From Vitrella brassicaformis CCMP3155 (Eukaryota; Protista; Chromerida), in assembly GCA_001179505.1 (NCBI GenBank), contig CDMY01000212.1, forward strand, positions 1 through 64,000: 64,000 nt of DNA. Reading direction: 5' to 3'. Shown one piece after another: positions 21,892 to 33,581 of the stretch (position 1 is its first letter; the number at the start of each line of letters is the position of its first letter). Below the pieces are notes generated by a model. It did no database searches and had not been told where the DNA came from. It saw nothing but the letters and a program-made list of their open reading frames with translations. A program made the position numbers and the translations under genes.

Positions 21892-24313
21892 ATGTATATG
21901 CGGGTCGGCTTTTCATCACTGACCTGGTTCTCCGTCTTCCTGGTGTCCCTCAGCTTATGGTTCAATTTGTGGGGCGGACCTTCCACCAGCAACAACAGAA
22001 AGTTCATCACGGATGCCCTGATGCACCTTCGGATGAGAGCACAAGAGAAGGCGAGCATCACCAGGTTTCTTTCAAGTGGACAAGACGATAGCGCCTTCGC
22101 TGATCTGAGGGCGTTCGAGGCCGATCTCGAGGTGCCCTTCTTTATATTGGACACACCTGCGCTGGTGGAGCTTCATCGTATGTGCCAGGAGACTGCACAG
22201 AGCATTCTCAACGGCGACTGGCCTTCTGAGCTTGTTCTGGATGACAAGAAGAACATCAACGAGGTGTACTGGCTCCATCAATTGTGGACCGACCCCTGGC
22301 GGACACGCGACCCAGACAAAGCTCTCATCTTCGTCTTGCCTGTGTATCCAGGTGGGCACTGCATCGCAGATGGATCGCTGATAACACACGTAGGTGTGTA
22401 TGGAGTGTGGGCAGTGCTGTTGCTGGGGAGGGCGTGTGGGGAGAAGGATCGGAAGAAGGTCCACAAGCTGGGTGCACAGGCAGTTAAGGAGGTGAGAGAA
22501 AGCGTTCTTGTTAGAGGTGTCTTATTCGATGTCGGCCTTCGATTCAGGTGACCCAGCTGCCTGCCTGGCACAGGAATGGCGGCGTTGATCACGTGATGGT
22601 GGTGAGTATGCCGATGCATCAACCGCTGTATTCGTGTGATCATTTAATCAGGCGACTGACTGGCAGTTCAAGGTGCCTGGCGGCTTCCAGAGGGCGCTGG
22701 GCAAGACCTTCGCTAACTTTGCCAGGAACGTCACATGGGGGCGACACGTCACCGACAACCGTTCGTGCGGATAAAGAGAGGATCAGACTCTAGTGATGCA
22801 ATGCTCGAGTGTCCGCTGCTTCTCAGATAGAGGCCTCTTCGGCTGCGCCGTCACCATTCCCCATACGTACACATCCGTACATACCAGTCTGCGAGCACCA
22901 TGTGTGTATCTGCCTGTCCGTGTGGCTGTGTGGGTCTGCAGGTCGTCGATGACGGCGCTACAGCCTGCCTACCAGCCCTTTGAAAAGGAGAGTCTGCTGG
23001 AGAGGGGTCTGATCGACGCCGCGGATGTGTTCGAGGATGACAGGCTTGATGTTGCATTCGACCCGCCCTCGCGGCTCGACTGGTTTGCCAGAGACTACAC
23101 CATGTTCTTCCAAGGTAGCTCCCCTCACGTATTTGCAAACGTGCTTTTCTGATCAAGGCAGTTTGCATACAAATATGCTCAACATACGCCACACACACAT
23201 GATGTCTGCATGTGTGAGTGTGTCCAGGTACAGTTGATGGCATGCGGCCGTTCAGAATACTGGCACTGAAGCAGTTGGCGGGCTGGCACCACCGTCCAGC
23301 CTCATGTCACGACTGCACACCCGCCAACAATGTTTTCGTCTCCACCACCAACGTGGCTGGTGTCGAGCGGAAAGGGAAAATGCCAGATTGCCCGCGCGAA
23401 CAGAAGAAGCTGCGCGTTCAGAGGGTCGTTCAGAGGGTCGAAATGGGCAAGTTCGAGGGGTGTCGCGCCCCTTCCGACCAGAAGAAGCGACATCCGCTCT
23501 ACGCGGAGGCATCATTCATGCATCGGCTTGCAAATTCCAAAGTAAACCTCTGCTTCCGCGGGACAGATGTGACGAGTTCGAGGAATGTGGACGGCTTCTG
23601 GACGGGGACGCTCAACGTGCTGATTACCGAAGTGGAAGACATGTATAAGTACGCCATAGCGTTTCAATGCGAGATACCGTGGAGGTGACCACTTTAGCAT
23701 CAAACCAAAGACACGCACTCGCACACGTCATGCAGCAGCTGCATGATTATTCTGCATGGGAGGAGAATGAGGCAGAGACATGTCTGTCGCGTGTGTGTAC
23801 GTGTGCAGGAACTTCACATATGCCATCGAGGGCTCTGCGTTCAAGGAGGATCCGCGAAGAGCACTTAGGCCTGTCTTAGACGAGCTGTTTCTGCACCCTG
23901 CGTCCATCCGTGAGAAGCTTCGACTGATGGAGTACTACAGTAGGAAAGTGCTGTGGAACGCACCCAACAGCACAGCGGCCAGGAGCACGCTGCGCGCCAT
24001 GACGCGACAGTGCCTCACTGACGAGATGAAAATGGAATGGCTGCAGCGAACACACATAGAAGATGGTGAGTGGTCTGACCTGATTCACGGTATGAGGTGT
24101 GTGTGCGTGGGTTGGATGGATGCAGGTGGTGATCGATATGGCGATCATCCACTCTTCTCTCGCTGCGCCTTCCCGGACACCTCAGCGACGCGCGAGGAGC
24201 AGAGAGAGCCGTGCGTCAGCTGCTGGGTTGGCTACAAGACACCCACCAAGAAGCCGCCCTCCACAGCCGACGAACACCACACCACCAGTGCACAACTGGA
24301 GGTGCAGATGTGA
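21892..24313 (+). CDS. Exostosin-family (GT47) glycosyltransferase, multi-exon
   Basis: N-terminal TM anchor; WRTRDPDKALIFVLP, PAWHRNGGVDHVMV and SKVNLCFRGTDVTSSRNVDGFWTGTLNVLI...IPW match exostosin motifs. Introns are GT-AG. Confidence 0.85.
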
Positions 24314-24780
24314 CTCGCTTGTGGATGGGGCTGCTTGGCCGTCATCAGTTTTGGCATGGAAATACTAATCAATGCCACACACGGCTCAAGGGCCGAGTGA
24401 CCGGGCCTCTCTGGGCCAAAACACAATCCATAGATGCAAGCGGCGCCCCCAAGTAAAGGAAATACCAGGGCAAATGCGAAAGGGAGAGGAGGTAGGATGA
24501 GCCCGCTGCTGTCGAGGCCGGTGAAGCCAGACAACATAAGTTACAATGAATGACCCAGCAACCAGTCAACATATCAACAGCTCCCGTCATAACACAGTAA
24601 GACGCATGATATTTGACCTGTTTTTACGCGTACAAGCTGTGAGAAAAATGAGATCGCTTGCTCACGTTTTGCAGATGGACTAGGTGCTTCCTTTCCGTTT
24701 CCTTTTCTCAAATTCTGCAAAAAATTTATATGGGAATTGCCTCCCCCTAAATTCCCTCCCCCTTTGTATGTTCTTAATTG

Positions 24781-26179
24781 TTAGAAACGACTGTAGTTCT
24801 TAATAAGGGGTACCAAGAGCTCATCAACCCTGCCGACATTGTTCCCGTCCTCGTCAACTACAATGGCATTCGACTTGACCTTTCTAAAGAACAGGGGGTG
24901 TCTGCTGCTAATCAATTCCGCCAACTTGGTGAGTTTTAGCTTATGGAAACACAGTGGCCCCAGTGGTGAGCAACGCCGAGCGCTCCCGTAGCCGCAGGCA
25001 TCTCTTGAGCCTTTCCAGCAGAGGCGGGTATCGCAGAATTCTTCTTGGATGTCTGGATCAAGCTGTCCAACGTGGTCAGTGCGGAGGCCGCCGTTTACCT
25101 GTAATGCATGAACATGTGAGGACGCCTCTGACCGTGAAACATAGCTGCCTACTTGTCTCCATATCTCTCGGTTGCCAAGTGTACGGCGAAGAACATGGTG
25201 TGGAAACCATTCATCGGACATTCCTGTCATCTTGCCGGATCGGCGTCGTGGCGCACGGTGAGAACGTGTACGATCAAGGCCCTGTGCGGCCACAATTGTC
25301 GCATGATATCGATTGTAGATTCGCCACTGCATGTGCTTGACATCTACACACAAAAATGACGGGAGATATTGCTGCACTTCCTTTCCGCCTGTAAGATACC
25401 ATATCCATCCCTTTCCGCATCTTGACACGTCAGGTTCTGGCTCCCTGCTTCGTCTGCCACTTCTCGGTCGGGTTCCATCTCCCACAGTCGACGTGGATTG
25501 TAGCTGAGTACAGCATAAAACGTAAACCCGACTGGCTACACGTCTATCCTTCATACCAGAATCTGGATGTCGGCAGACCACTTTCGCTCACTCGATGCTC
25601 AAACAAAACGTCATACAACACGTCAGGATGAGCCAGCGGGATGTGCGAAACACTCAACAGTGCCATCATTTGGTTGCACGGGTCATTCAGAGAGGCTTCC
25701 CACAACGAATTCTCGGCCGCAATGAATTCGCCATATTTCATCCGAGCCGGTTTGGCGTGTTTGGTTCGCTTTGACGCAGTCACTCCACTCACATTGTGAT
25801 GCAAATGGACGTATACAGCGAACCGTTGCCTGTCGCTGGCCAGGGCGAGCCACTCCTCCCACAAAGGAGCGAAAGGCTCCTTGTCCTTTACAAGAAATAG
25901 TAGAGCAACTTTTGGTGGCCCATTACAATCGCTGCAGCCTCCGATAGCAGCTGGCTTGCTTGATTTCCTCACACAATAAAATTGCAAAGGCGAATCTGTT
26001 GTCTTGAGGGGCACAAAATGCCTTTCTCTAAACTCCTCCAGCTGAGATTGTAGCTGACAGTCCCGATCCCTCTTCGACAACAGGAATCGGTGGTCGAAGT
26101 CGGAGTCGAGGAAGACCAGACACCCTGGCAACGCCAGGACCAGCGCTGAAGCCGTCAGCGCGAGAAGGGATAACCTCAT
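24781..26179 (-). CDS. Core-2/I-branching-like (GT14-related) glycosyltransferase, multi-exon
   Basis: KVALLFL...PLWEEW...FAVYVH, YGEFIAAENSLWEASLNDPCNQMMALLSVSHIPL, KHMQWRIYNRYHA, SDEWFPHHVL and LFFRKV follow the Branch-family motif order. There is an N-terminal anchor. Confidence 0.8.
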
Positions 26180-26312
26180 GACAGCTATACACACGTAAGC
26201 TACACACAATTTGCGTTCACACAATATGCGTTACACACAAGATACAAGTAACAACTTACAATTTGCGTTCACCCCTTGCTTGCGTACTAATCGGAACCGG
26301 GCACTGCCCCCA
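26180..26312. promoter_or_regulatory. Short divergent (bidirectional) promoter between the GT14-like and GT43 genes
   Basis: 133 bp lie between the opposed ATGs, and AATTTGCGTTCAC occurs twice. Confidence 0.55.
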
Positions 26313-27572
26313 ATGGGTTATGTCATTCCTGCAATTCTGCTGGTGGTTTTTATCTTGTGGCATAAACTGGACAGCGTCAGCCTTCTCCTGAACGGCACCA
26401 AGCACCCCAGCTTACGGCGGAGTCAGCGTGGGGCTGAAGTGCTATGCAGCCCGACAAATTCATTGACGGGCCACACCTTTCGTGAGTCAGCGTCACCCTC
26501 CCTCTTCCCAAGCAGCCGATGGGTACCTGGGCTGCGGTGGGTGTTTGTCGTGACGCCGACGTACAGACGTGTGACGCAGCGTCTTGACCTTACGCGGCTT
26601 TTCAATACATTCGCTCTGTTCGCTAACGTGCACGTGATAGTTGTGGAAGACAGCCTCAACAGAACGGCCAAGGTTGACAACATATTGGGGAGCAGCCTCC
26701 TACTGCATTGGTCACACAGGTGAGTGCCACGTGGCATGACCTCCCATGGTGGAATACGTTTGGGAGGCTTCGCTGGGTCCCTCGCTGTCCAGGTATATCA
26801 AAAGTTCTCGTAGATTGAAAGTCAGGGGGAGCGAGCAGAGGAATGAGGGCATTCGCGCGATACGAGAAATCGTGTTCGGTGAGGCGGACGCAGAGCTCAG
26901 GAACGCATATGAGGTAAACTGAAGTTAAGACTTCAACAGCCGTCGTGTCTCTTCCTAACTTTCAGGATGCCGTCGTGTATTTTGCTGATGACGACAACGC
27001 ATATGACGTTCGGATCCTGGACGAACTGCGGAAGGTCCGTAATGTTGGCACCTGGCCGGTTGCGCTCTCGGGGCGTAAGATCGCCGAGAGATGCGAAGTC
27101 GACACGTCAACGGGAAGGATCAAAGGCTATAACTCTGCCCTGGTGGGTGTCAACTCGAGAGCCAGAAAGAGGAGGTGCTGGAGCGATAATGCTCATCTCT
27201 CTTCGATGTATGTGCGGTGTGTGCGTGTGTGAGTGGGTAAAGAAATGGCGTCCGTATCCGATTGACACTGCAGGGTATGGCCTGCACGTGAGGTACTTCC
27301 TCAAACACGAGCCGCCATTGATGTTCAACCCCCTTAGCAAGATCTACCACCTCGAAAGCGACTTCCTGAAGATGACGAATATCAGCAAATACGATTTTGA
27401 GCCACTCGCGGACAATTGCACAAAGGTACTTGGACAGCTTATGCAGAGGCTACACACTCAAGTGCATGTCAACTTGCTACGCCGCCAGGTGTACACCTGG
27501 CACGTGTCTTCGGACATAAAGTGGGGTAGGAAGAAGCCGCCGCTAGACTTCGACGTGGAGCTTGACATCTAG
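26313..27572 (+). CDS. GT43 glycosyltransferase (B3GAT/GlcAT-I or IRX9/14-like), multi-exon
   Basis: VVTPTY..., VIVVED, QRNEGIR, VVYFADDDNAYD (DDD motif), VGTWPV, YPIDTAG, LESDFL and NCTKV..WH are GT43 hallmarks. Confidence 0.92.
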
Positions 27573-28526
27573 AAAGCCGGGCATGTATTCACGACACACA
27601 GACTTTCTGGCATTCTGCACGTGTCTGGACACTTCTGTGGCTGTGGGAGGCTGCCGGACATGTCAGCATGCTCCCAAAAGCACTACATCTGTCAGAAAGA
27701 AGGGACACAGCGCACTTTCCCTCCTGTGGGAGTGGATGACGATCAACAGTACGCAACGTTGAACCAGTGTTCTCTTATGCCAATCTCCCCTGGGTTCATG
27801 ATCAGTGATGGTGCCTTTTTGTATAACTACTCCCCCCCTTATCACCCCTGTCCAGCTGGCAAAGTACTATGGGCAAACCCCCCACCCCTGCTTCCTCCCA
27901 CCGAATACTGCTCGTCCGCCCACAAATACGTGTTGGATATGCAGGTAAGACTTAGAACACGCACCATTTTGAGCATGTCTCCAGCTCATTCTCAGTGAAG
28001 TTCTCAGTGGAATGACGCTTCGCTGATAAAGGGAGGGAGGTGTTTTCGCAGCGCCTGACCTCACTCCGGTAGCTAGACGGGCATCCTATTGCATTGCATT
28101 GCATTGGATGGTACTCATTCTGAGGACTCGACGTTGGGAACTGTGTGCGGGTCGCTTTCACCCACTGCATGACGGAGCCATCTGTATCTGTCTGTGTAGC
28201 TAGAGGTGCGTGCGAGTGTATGAGACCCATATCTATTCAGGCAGCGCACACATCGAAGACGGAGGGAGGGAGGGAGGGAGGGAGAGAGGGTTGGTGGATT
28301 GCTCTCTCTTTCCGCTCTCCCTCTCTGTGTATTAGGTAGTGCATCGTACATGTTGGTAGGGGTGCGCAGTCGTCGACCAGTGATGAAACCGATTCTTTTA
28401 TGTAAACCATCTGTTCGTCTGTGTGTGCCTGTGAGTGTACGTGACCCCACAGCGAATCAGATCAATCGACACACATCCATCAGTCTGACGACCGTCACTT
28501 CATCGACTGAGTCCATTAGACATACA

Positions 28527-28560
<34 letters not shown>

Positions 28561-29817
28561 TATGTCCGTCCTTGACAGAATGAATTAGTGCATGTGATGT
28601 CGGGCATTAACACACCCAGCATCGATCAGTCGAGGCACTTCACCCACCTCACCCCGCTCGCATGTCACCCACATCTGTGTTGAGAAAGACGACATGCAGC
28701 CCTCATTTGATAGCCTCTCTGGACCGCACACACGCCAGGCCTATACCGTTGTGTGGCTGATGAATAGATTAATGTTCCCCCCCAATGTGTGCTGTGGGTA
28801 CATTTGGCGGCTCTCACGTACAGTACATCAATCTGTCAGATCATGACATCGTACCAGGGGCCTGCATACACACATATGCGACTCATATGCCACTCATATG
28901 CAGCACAGAGGAAAAGGGAGAGAGAGCAAGACGAAGAAAGAAAGAAAAACACACACGACACGCACGCAGCCGTCAGTCCGCCCAAAGACACCCATGGATG
29001 CATGCATCAAACGATAGATTTAGAGGCTGACGTGTTGTGTCTGGAAAAAAAAGAAAAACGACACACACACACACACACCGCAACCCATCCAACAGACGCA
29101 ACTGATTGTGCCCTCTACCTGTCTGTCTGCGTGTCGCTGATCAATTGCCCCCCTCCCTCCCTCCCTCCCTCCCTAGATGGACTGTGCACAAGAGTGTTGG
29201 TGCATTGCACGGGTCGTTGGTGTATGCAAAGGAGCGCAGCGGCCAAGGAGACCCCAAACACACAACGCATCAGACCACTGCAGACGGACATAACTGCATA
29301 TTCCCCTCCCCTGCAGTTATGTCCCTCACACACAGGGACAGTGAGACAGACGCGTCGTCTCACTGACCATCGCCTAACCATTGACACGAGTGGTTCTTCC
29401 CTTGCTCTCTCTGTGTATCTGTGGCCGGCTGATGAACGAATCAATCGCCTCCCCCTCCCCCCTGTACGGGCTGTAGATATGTGCATTCTCCGTTTCCCGC
29501 ACATATCAATCGCTGCATACACACGTATGAAAAAAAGAGGAACAAAGAAAACTAGACATACCGACTTGGCTGCTCGCACATATACGAGACAGACAGACAG
29601 ACAGGCAGAAAAACACGCAAAGACGACGGGGCTGTGTGTTTGGGGGTGAGTGCACATCATGTCACATGTGTCTTCGTCCATACATCGAACATCAATCGCC
29701 ACATCTGTCCCACACGACAAAGATATCTTGCCTTCCTGGATACGGTCTCTCATCCATACAGAGAGAGTGCTGCGACACCCTTATGCAGTAACAACAAGAA
29801 GACTGGACTGTTTCTTT

Positions 29818-30723
29818 TTACTTCCACCACTGTCTCTTCCCCATCCAAGCATCACTCCGATTCCTCCCCCAAGTCACCGAGAAGCCAGGATGACGGTCGA
29901 CGAGCAGTGGGGCTGCCACATACCCCGGCGTCTCAGTCTTAAATAGTCCCTTCCACCAAACGGCGTCGTGGCCATAAGCTCTGCTATCCTGAGCAATCAG
30001 ATCCCTGAGGTACTTCGAAAGGCAACGAAGATGTGATTTTCGCACCACATAAGCATACGCGCCCCATGCATCGTCCGCGCGTATGATACCGGGCTCAAGG
30101 AGTTCCGGAGAACGACTCAGCTTCTTTGGATCCACTCTATGAGGCCTGATATTGTGTGCGCCCAAGAAGAGAGCCATGGAGTTATTGGGCCACCGCAAAA
30201 GAAGCTTGTCGAATTGTGCCTTCCATGTCTCTGCATCGACAGGCTCGAAGGGTGGTTTCGCATCATCTTCGAGAAAGATTGCCGTGTCAACGTTGTCTTC
30301 GATAGCACGATCGACCGCGTGGATGTTGCCGGCAAGGATTCCCAGCCCTCGTCTGGGCGCCCGGAACGTCTTGATTTGCTGCATATCGAGTGCGGGATAT
30401 GCGGCTGTCCACTCCCTCAAAAAGCGAGAGTAACGTCCGGGTTCGCCATCAGCCTCAGGCAGCGTCATCACGTACCCACGACGTATCGCATCCGGCATGG
30501 ATTCAGACTCGTGGCTGAATCCGCAGCTGTTCGTGAAGTTGCCCGATGGTGGGAGCCTAAATAGCCTAGAGAGATGGACCGAGACTTCCAAAAAGGAGTT
30601 GTCCCAAAACGTCCACAGAACAAGAGATAAAGAAAGCAGCAAAGCAAGACAATAGATTTTGAACCTATGGGAACCGTCTTCGCCTTTGAGAAGGGCTTGC
30701 AACGCACCTTTATCGCCCACCAT
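29818..30723 (-). CDS. GT25-like glycosyltransferase, intronless (copy 2, inverted relative to copy 1)
   Basis: Near-identical to 10874-11776, with about a dozen amino-acid differences counted by eye and one extra codon. The 3' flank is also shared. Confidence 0.75.
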   Translation of the reverse strand: MVGDKGALQALLKGEDGSHRFKIYCLALLLSLSLVLWTFWDNSFLEVSVHLSRLFRLPPSGNFTNSCGFSHESESMPDAIRRGYVMTLPEADGEPGRYSRFLREWTAAYPALDMQQIKTFRAPRRGLGILAGNIHAVDRAIEDNVDTAIFLEDDAKPPFEPVDAETWKAQFDKLLLRWPNNSMALFLGAHNIRPHRVDPKKLSRSPELLEPGIIRADDAWGAYAYVVRKSHLRCLSKYLRDLIAQDSRAYGHDAVWWKGLFKTETPGYVAAPLLVDRHPGFSVTWGRNRSDAWMGKRQWWK

Positions 30724-31364
30724 ACGTATTCGTACCAATATTTATGATTGTATATTATTTCACCAATTCGATATCTGAGAGGGATTGGAGCGCGAAGGCC
30801 GATTGACCATCCAATTGGCTCTCGGGCTGGCCGACCGGAGGCCGCACAGGGTGCATAGATGGTCGGAGCGAGGGAAGCGCAGACCTTCCTTCTTCTGCTC
30901 TGCTCACGCTCAGCCCGATATAGAAGAGCCTTTCCAGGACAGCCACGTCCCTGCAGAAGAACACAAGAGTTGCACATCTCGATATCCGTAAGCCACGAAC
31001 ACGCTTGCATGCATACGGGGCAACCCGGGATTCTCACATAGCGCGTGGCAACCCGGTACCCTCACACATCACGCGGGGCAGCCCGGCAATTAGACTGAGA
31101 AACGAGGCGACGGAGGGTGTGCATGCAGCTCATTTCTTATTGCGGGAGGGGGAGGGGGAAGGGGGGAGGGAGACAGGAAGGAGGGAGGGGAAGAGAGACA
31201 GACCACCTGACACGACAAGAGAGACGGGGGCCACACACATCACCACACACACACACACAGGGCAGAGGGGGGGAGGAAGGAGGGGAGGTAGACAGATGGA
31301 CACATCATGAGTTTGGTGCTTTCTTTGCTCTGCCGTTCGTACGTCAAAAACCTCTGGGTCAGCT

Positions 31365-31810
31365 TTTAACCCTGTGAACGTCAAAACCTGAACCCGGCTG
31401 CACTGGCCGAGGTTTTGATGCCCCCTCGTTTTGGCTGGCTGCGAACGTTAACCACTGTGAGCCTTTGTGGAAAGAGACGCTCGCCAACCCCACTCCATTT
31501 GAGAGATTCGGACGATACTGAAGATGGCGCAGCAGCTGCGATACAGCTACCTTTTGTCAGATTGCCAAGCCATGACACCCATGGGTGTCATGGCCTCTTG
31601 CTAGCCATGCCATGCCATGACACCCATCAGAGGGCCAACATGCATGTATATCAAAGACTAGTTGAGGCCCTGCATGCACGGAGGAGTGGGGTGACTGTGA
31701 GTGATGCGACCGTCGCAGAACAGTCAGCGGTGCCCTCCACATTGGCAATTGACAGTCAACGGTACCCCCGCTCGGCGCTTCGCGCCTCGACTGCATTGGT
31801 CGGTGAGTCG
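31365..31810. repeat. Inverted copy of 21330-21725 containing a 26-bp perfect palindrome
   Basis: Reverse-complement match. GCCATGACACCCATGGGTGTCATGGC lies at 31569-31594. Confidence 0.9.
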
Positions 31811-32483
31811 ACATGCATCAGCGACCCTCGTGGCATGAGCTGGCAAGAGGTGCATCATGCACGAGGGTCGCTGAGGAACACTGGTGACCGCCACTGCGTG
31901 TACCATTGCCTGCCTGTGGTCAGGGGCGCTGTCCCCCCCAAGGAGACGTCCAGGCCTCTTGGACGCTGTCTCACCAAAGACAGAACAGTCGGTTTTGGAG
32001 GATTGTTTTTTGAGACGGCAACAGTTCACCCATGGGAATACAGCCGACAGTGCTGAATGCTGCCGCTATCAAGACGCGATTAGAATGATTCCCAAACAAT
32101 GGCAGCATTCTTTTAGAGGTCTTCGAGATGCTCATATCACTACTCCCCGCTCGACAAGATACAAAATACCGTAGCACACGTCATCCATCCATTGACACTG
32201 CCCAGGGTTTGCATGCATGAATCCCGTGGAGCATGCATCCACGTACGTACACGGACAGATACCCGCAAAGCAAACCACGCATGGGACCGCAGCAAAACAC
32301 GCGGACAGACAGAGACAAGGGATGGATCCCATTAATTGCCCCACCCAACCACCCCCACCACGCCTCCGCTCGTTTGTCTAGCTGGTCAGCAGGTATGTGT
32401 CACGCATCCACAATCGGACAGGAAAGGGAAAGAGATCGGCGATGGTAAGACAGAAGGACCTGGTGTCCACTTGATGCCCACAT

Positions 32484-33581
32484 TCACCTCTTTGGAAACA
32501 AGGGCCACGGAAAGGCTGCAAACAGTGCACGGTAATCAAAGTCGACAACTGGAGGCATCGGTCCCATGTCCAATGCTTCTTGGTACGAGGTCGCTAGCTG
32601 AAAACTCCGATTCGTTGCATAATAGTAATCCTTGTACTTGTGAAGCCGTCCATTCGAGTTTGTCTCCAACATCAGCCGCGAAGGAATCCCAAATGATTCA
32701 GCAATGATCAACCCATGCAGTGACGAGCTCACGACAAACGCGCACTTGACCAGCTCGCCCAGCACTACCTTCCAGTCCTGCATCGGTGTGATCACGTGAC
32801 CGGGATACTCGGATTCATTGAGGCCCCGGCGAATCTCCTTAATTTGAGGGACATAACAAACATCGTATTTGGGTGGCCAGTGAAGTTTGAATTCGGGGAA
32901 AAGACATGGTACGAGCATGCCCGCATCGCCATACACCACAGGCAGAGCCTCCACATCACCATGTTTATTCTGCAGCAAAAAGCTTCGTGTCTCGGGACCT
33001 CGAATGGCAAACAGAGTCACATTGCTTGGGAGCGGTCGCCTGAGCGTCTGTTCGCCCAGCATTCCAATCGACCAGCCGTAATCGCCAGAGCGGACAAAAT
33101 GCAGTACAGAGCCAATGGGAAGTAAACACTTTCCTCCTCGACGGCTTCGCAGGTTTCGCCACGGAAGTTGGAAGCGGCGACCGAGCATTCTCTCAACCAG
33201 AGCCAGCCCAATGTCATCGCCGAAATTCTTTTCGTTGGAGTATGTGCAGACGGCAAATCCCAAATCAAGTGGGAGGGATATGCATGAGGCATTTGCCAGT
33301 GACTCTTCGAGGCCTGGCACCTGGACACTCTGGCGCACACACCCTGGAATCGGTGCCGAGGATGCTCCTGGGACGCCTGTGTCTGGCGTAGCTTTGGAAC
33401 CCTCACTGAACCTGTTCGTAAAATTGCCGAGTACTGACGATCTGAATAAAAGAGGGAGAGGGACCGGCGATATGAGATACCGCAGCTCCTCCCGAAAACA
33501 CAATGTCCACAGGACAAGAACCGAAGCAGACAGCAGAGTAAAACAGTAAGACAAAGACAGCATCAGCATGTTGTCTGCCAT
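32484..33581 (-). CDS. Polysaccharide pyruvyltransferase-family (ExoV-like) protein, intronless, with N-terminal membrane anchor
   Basis: NFGDDIG, IGSVL, AIRGPET, YGDAG and VVSSSLHGLIIAESFGIP match the pyruvyltransferase fold. The start could be 33602 or 33581. Confidence 0.85.
   Translation of the reverse strand: MADNMLMLSLSYCFTLLSASVLVLWTLCFREELRYLISPVPLPLLFRSSVLGNFTNRFSEGSKATPDTGVPGASSAPIPGCVRQSVQVPGLEESLANASCISLPLDLGFAVCTYSNEKNFGDDIGLALVERMLGRRFQLPWRNLRSRRGGKCLLPIGSVLHFVRSGDYGWSIGMLGEQTLRRPLPSNVTLFAIRGPETRSFLLQNKHGDVEALPVVYGDAGMLVPCLFPEFKLHWPPKYDVCYVPQIKEIRRGLNESEYPGHVITPMQDWKVVLGELVKCAFVVSSSLHGLIIAESFGIPSRLMLETNSNGRLHKYKDYYYATNRSFQLATSYQEALDMGPMPPVVDFDYRALFAAFPWPLFPKR

Noticed and set aside
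24593-24612. CAGTAAGACGCAT as the partner terminal repeat of the element end at 17898
   Set aside because: The similarity is short and gapped and is not preceded by TA, so it is likely chance.
28785-29753. Long ORFs of 212-286 aa
   Set aside because: They are built from microsatellites and intron-like sequence, with no recognisable domain or coding-like composition.
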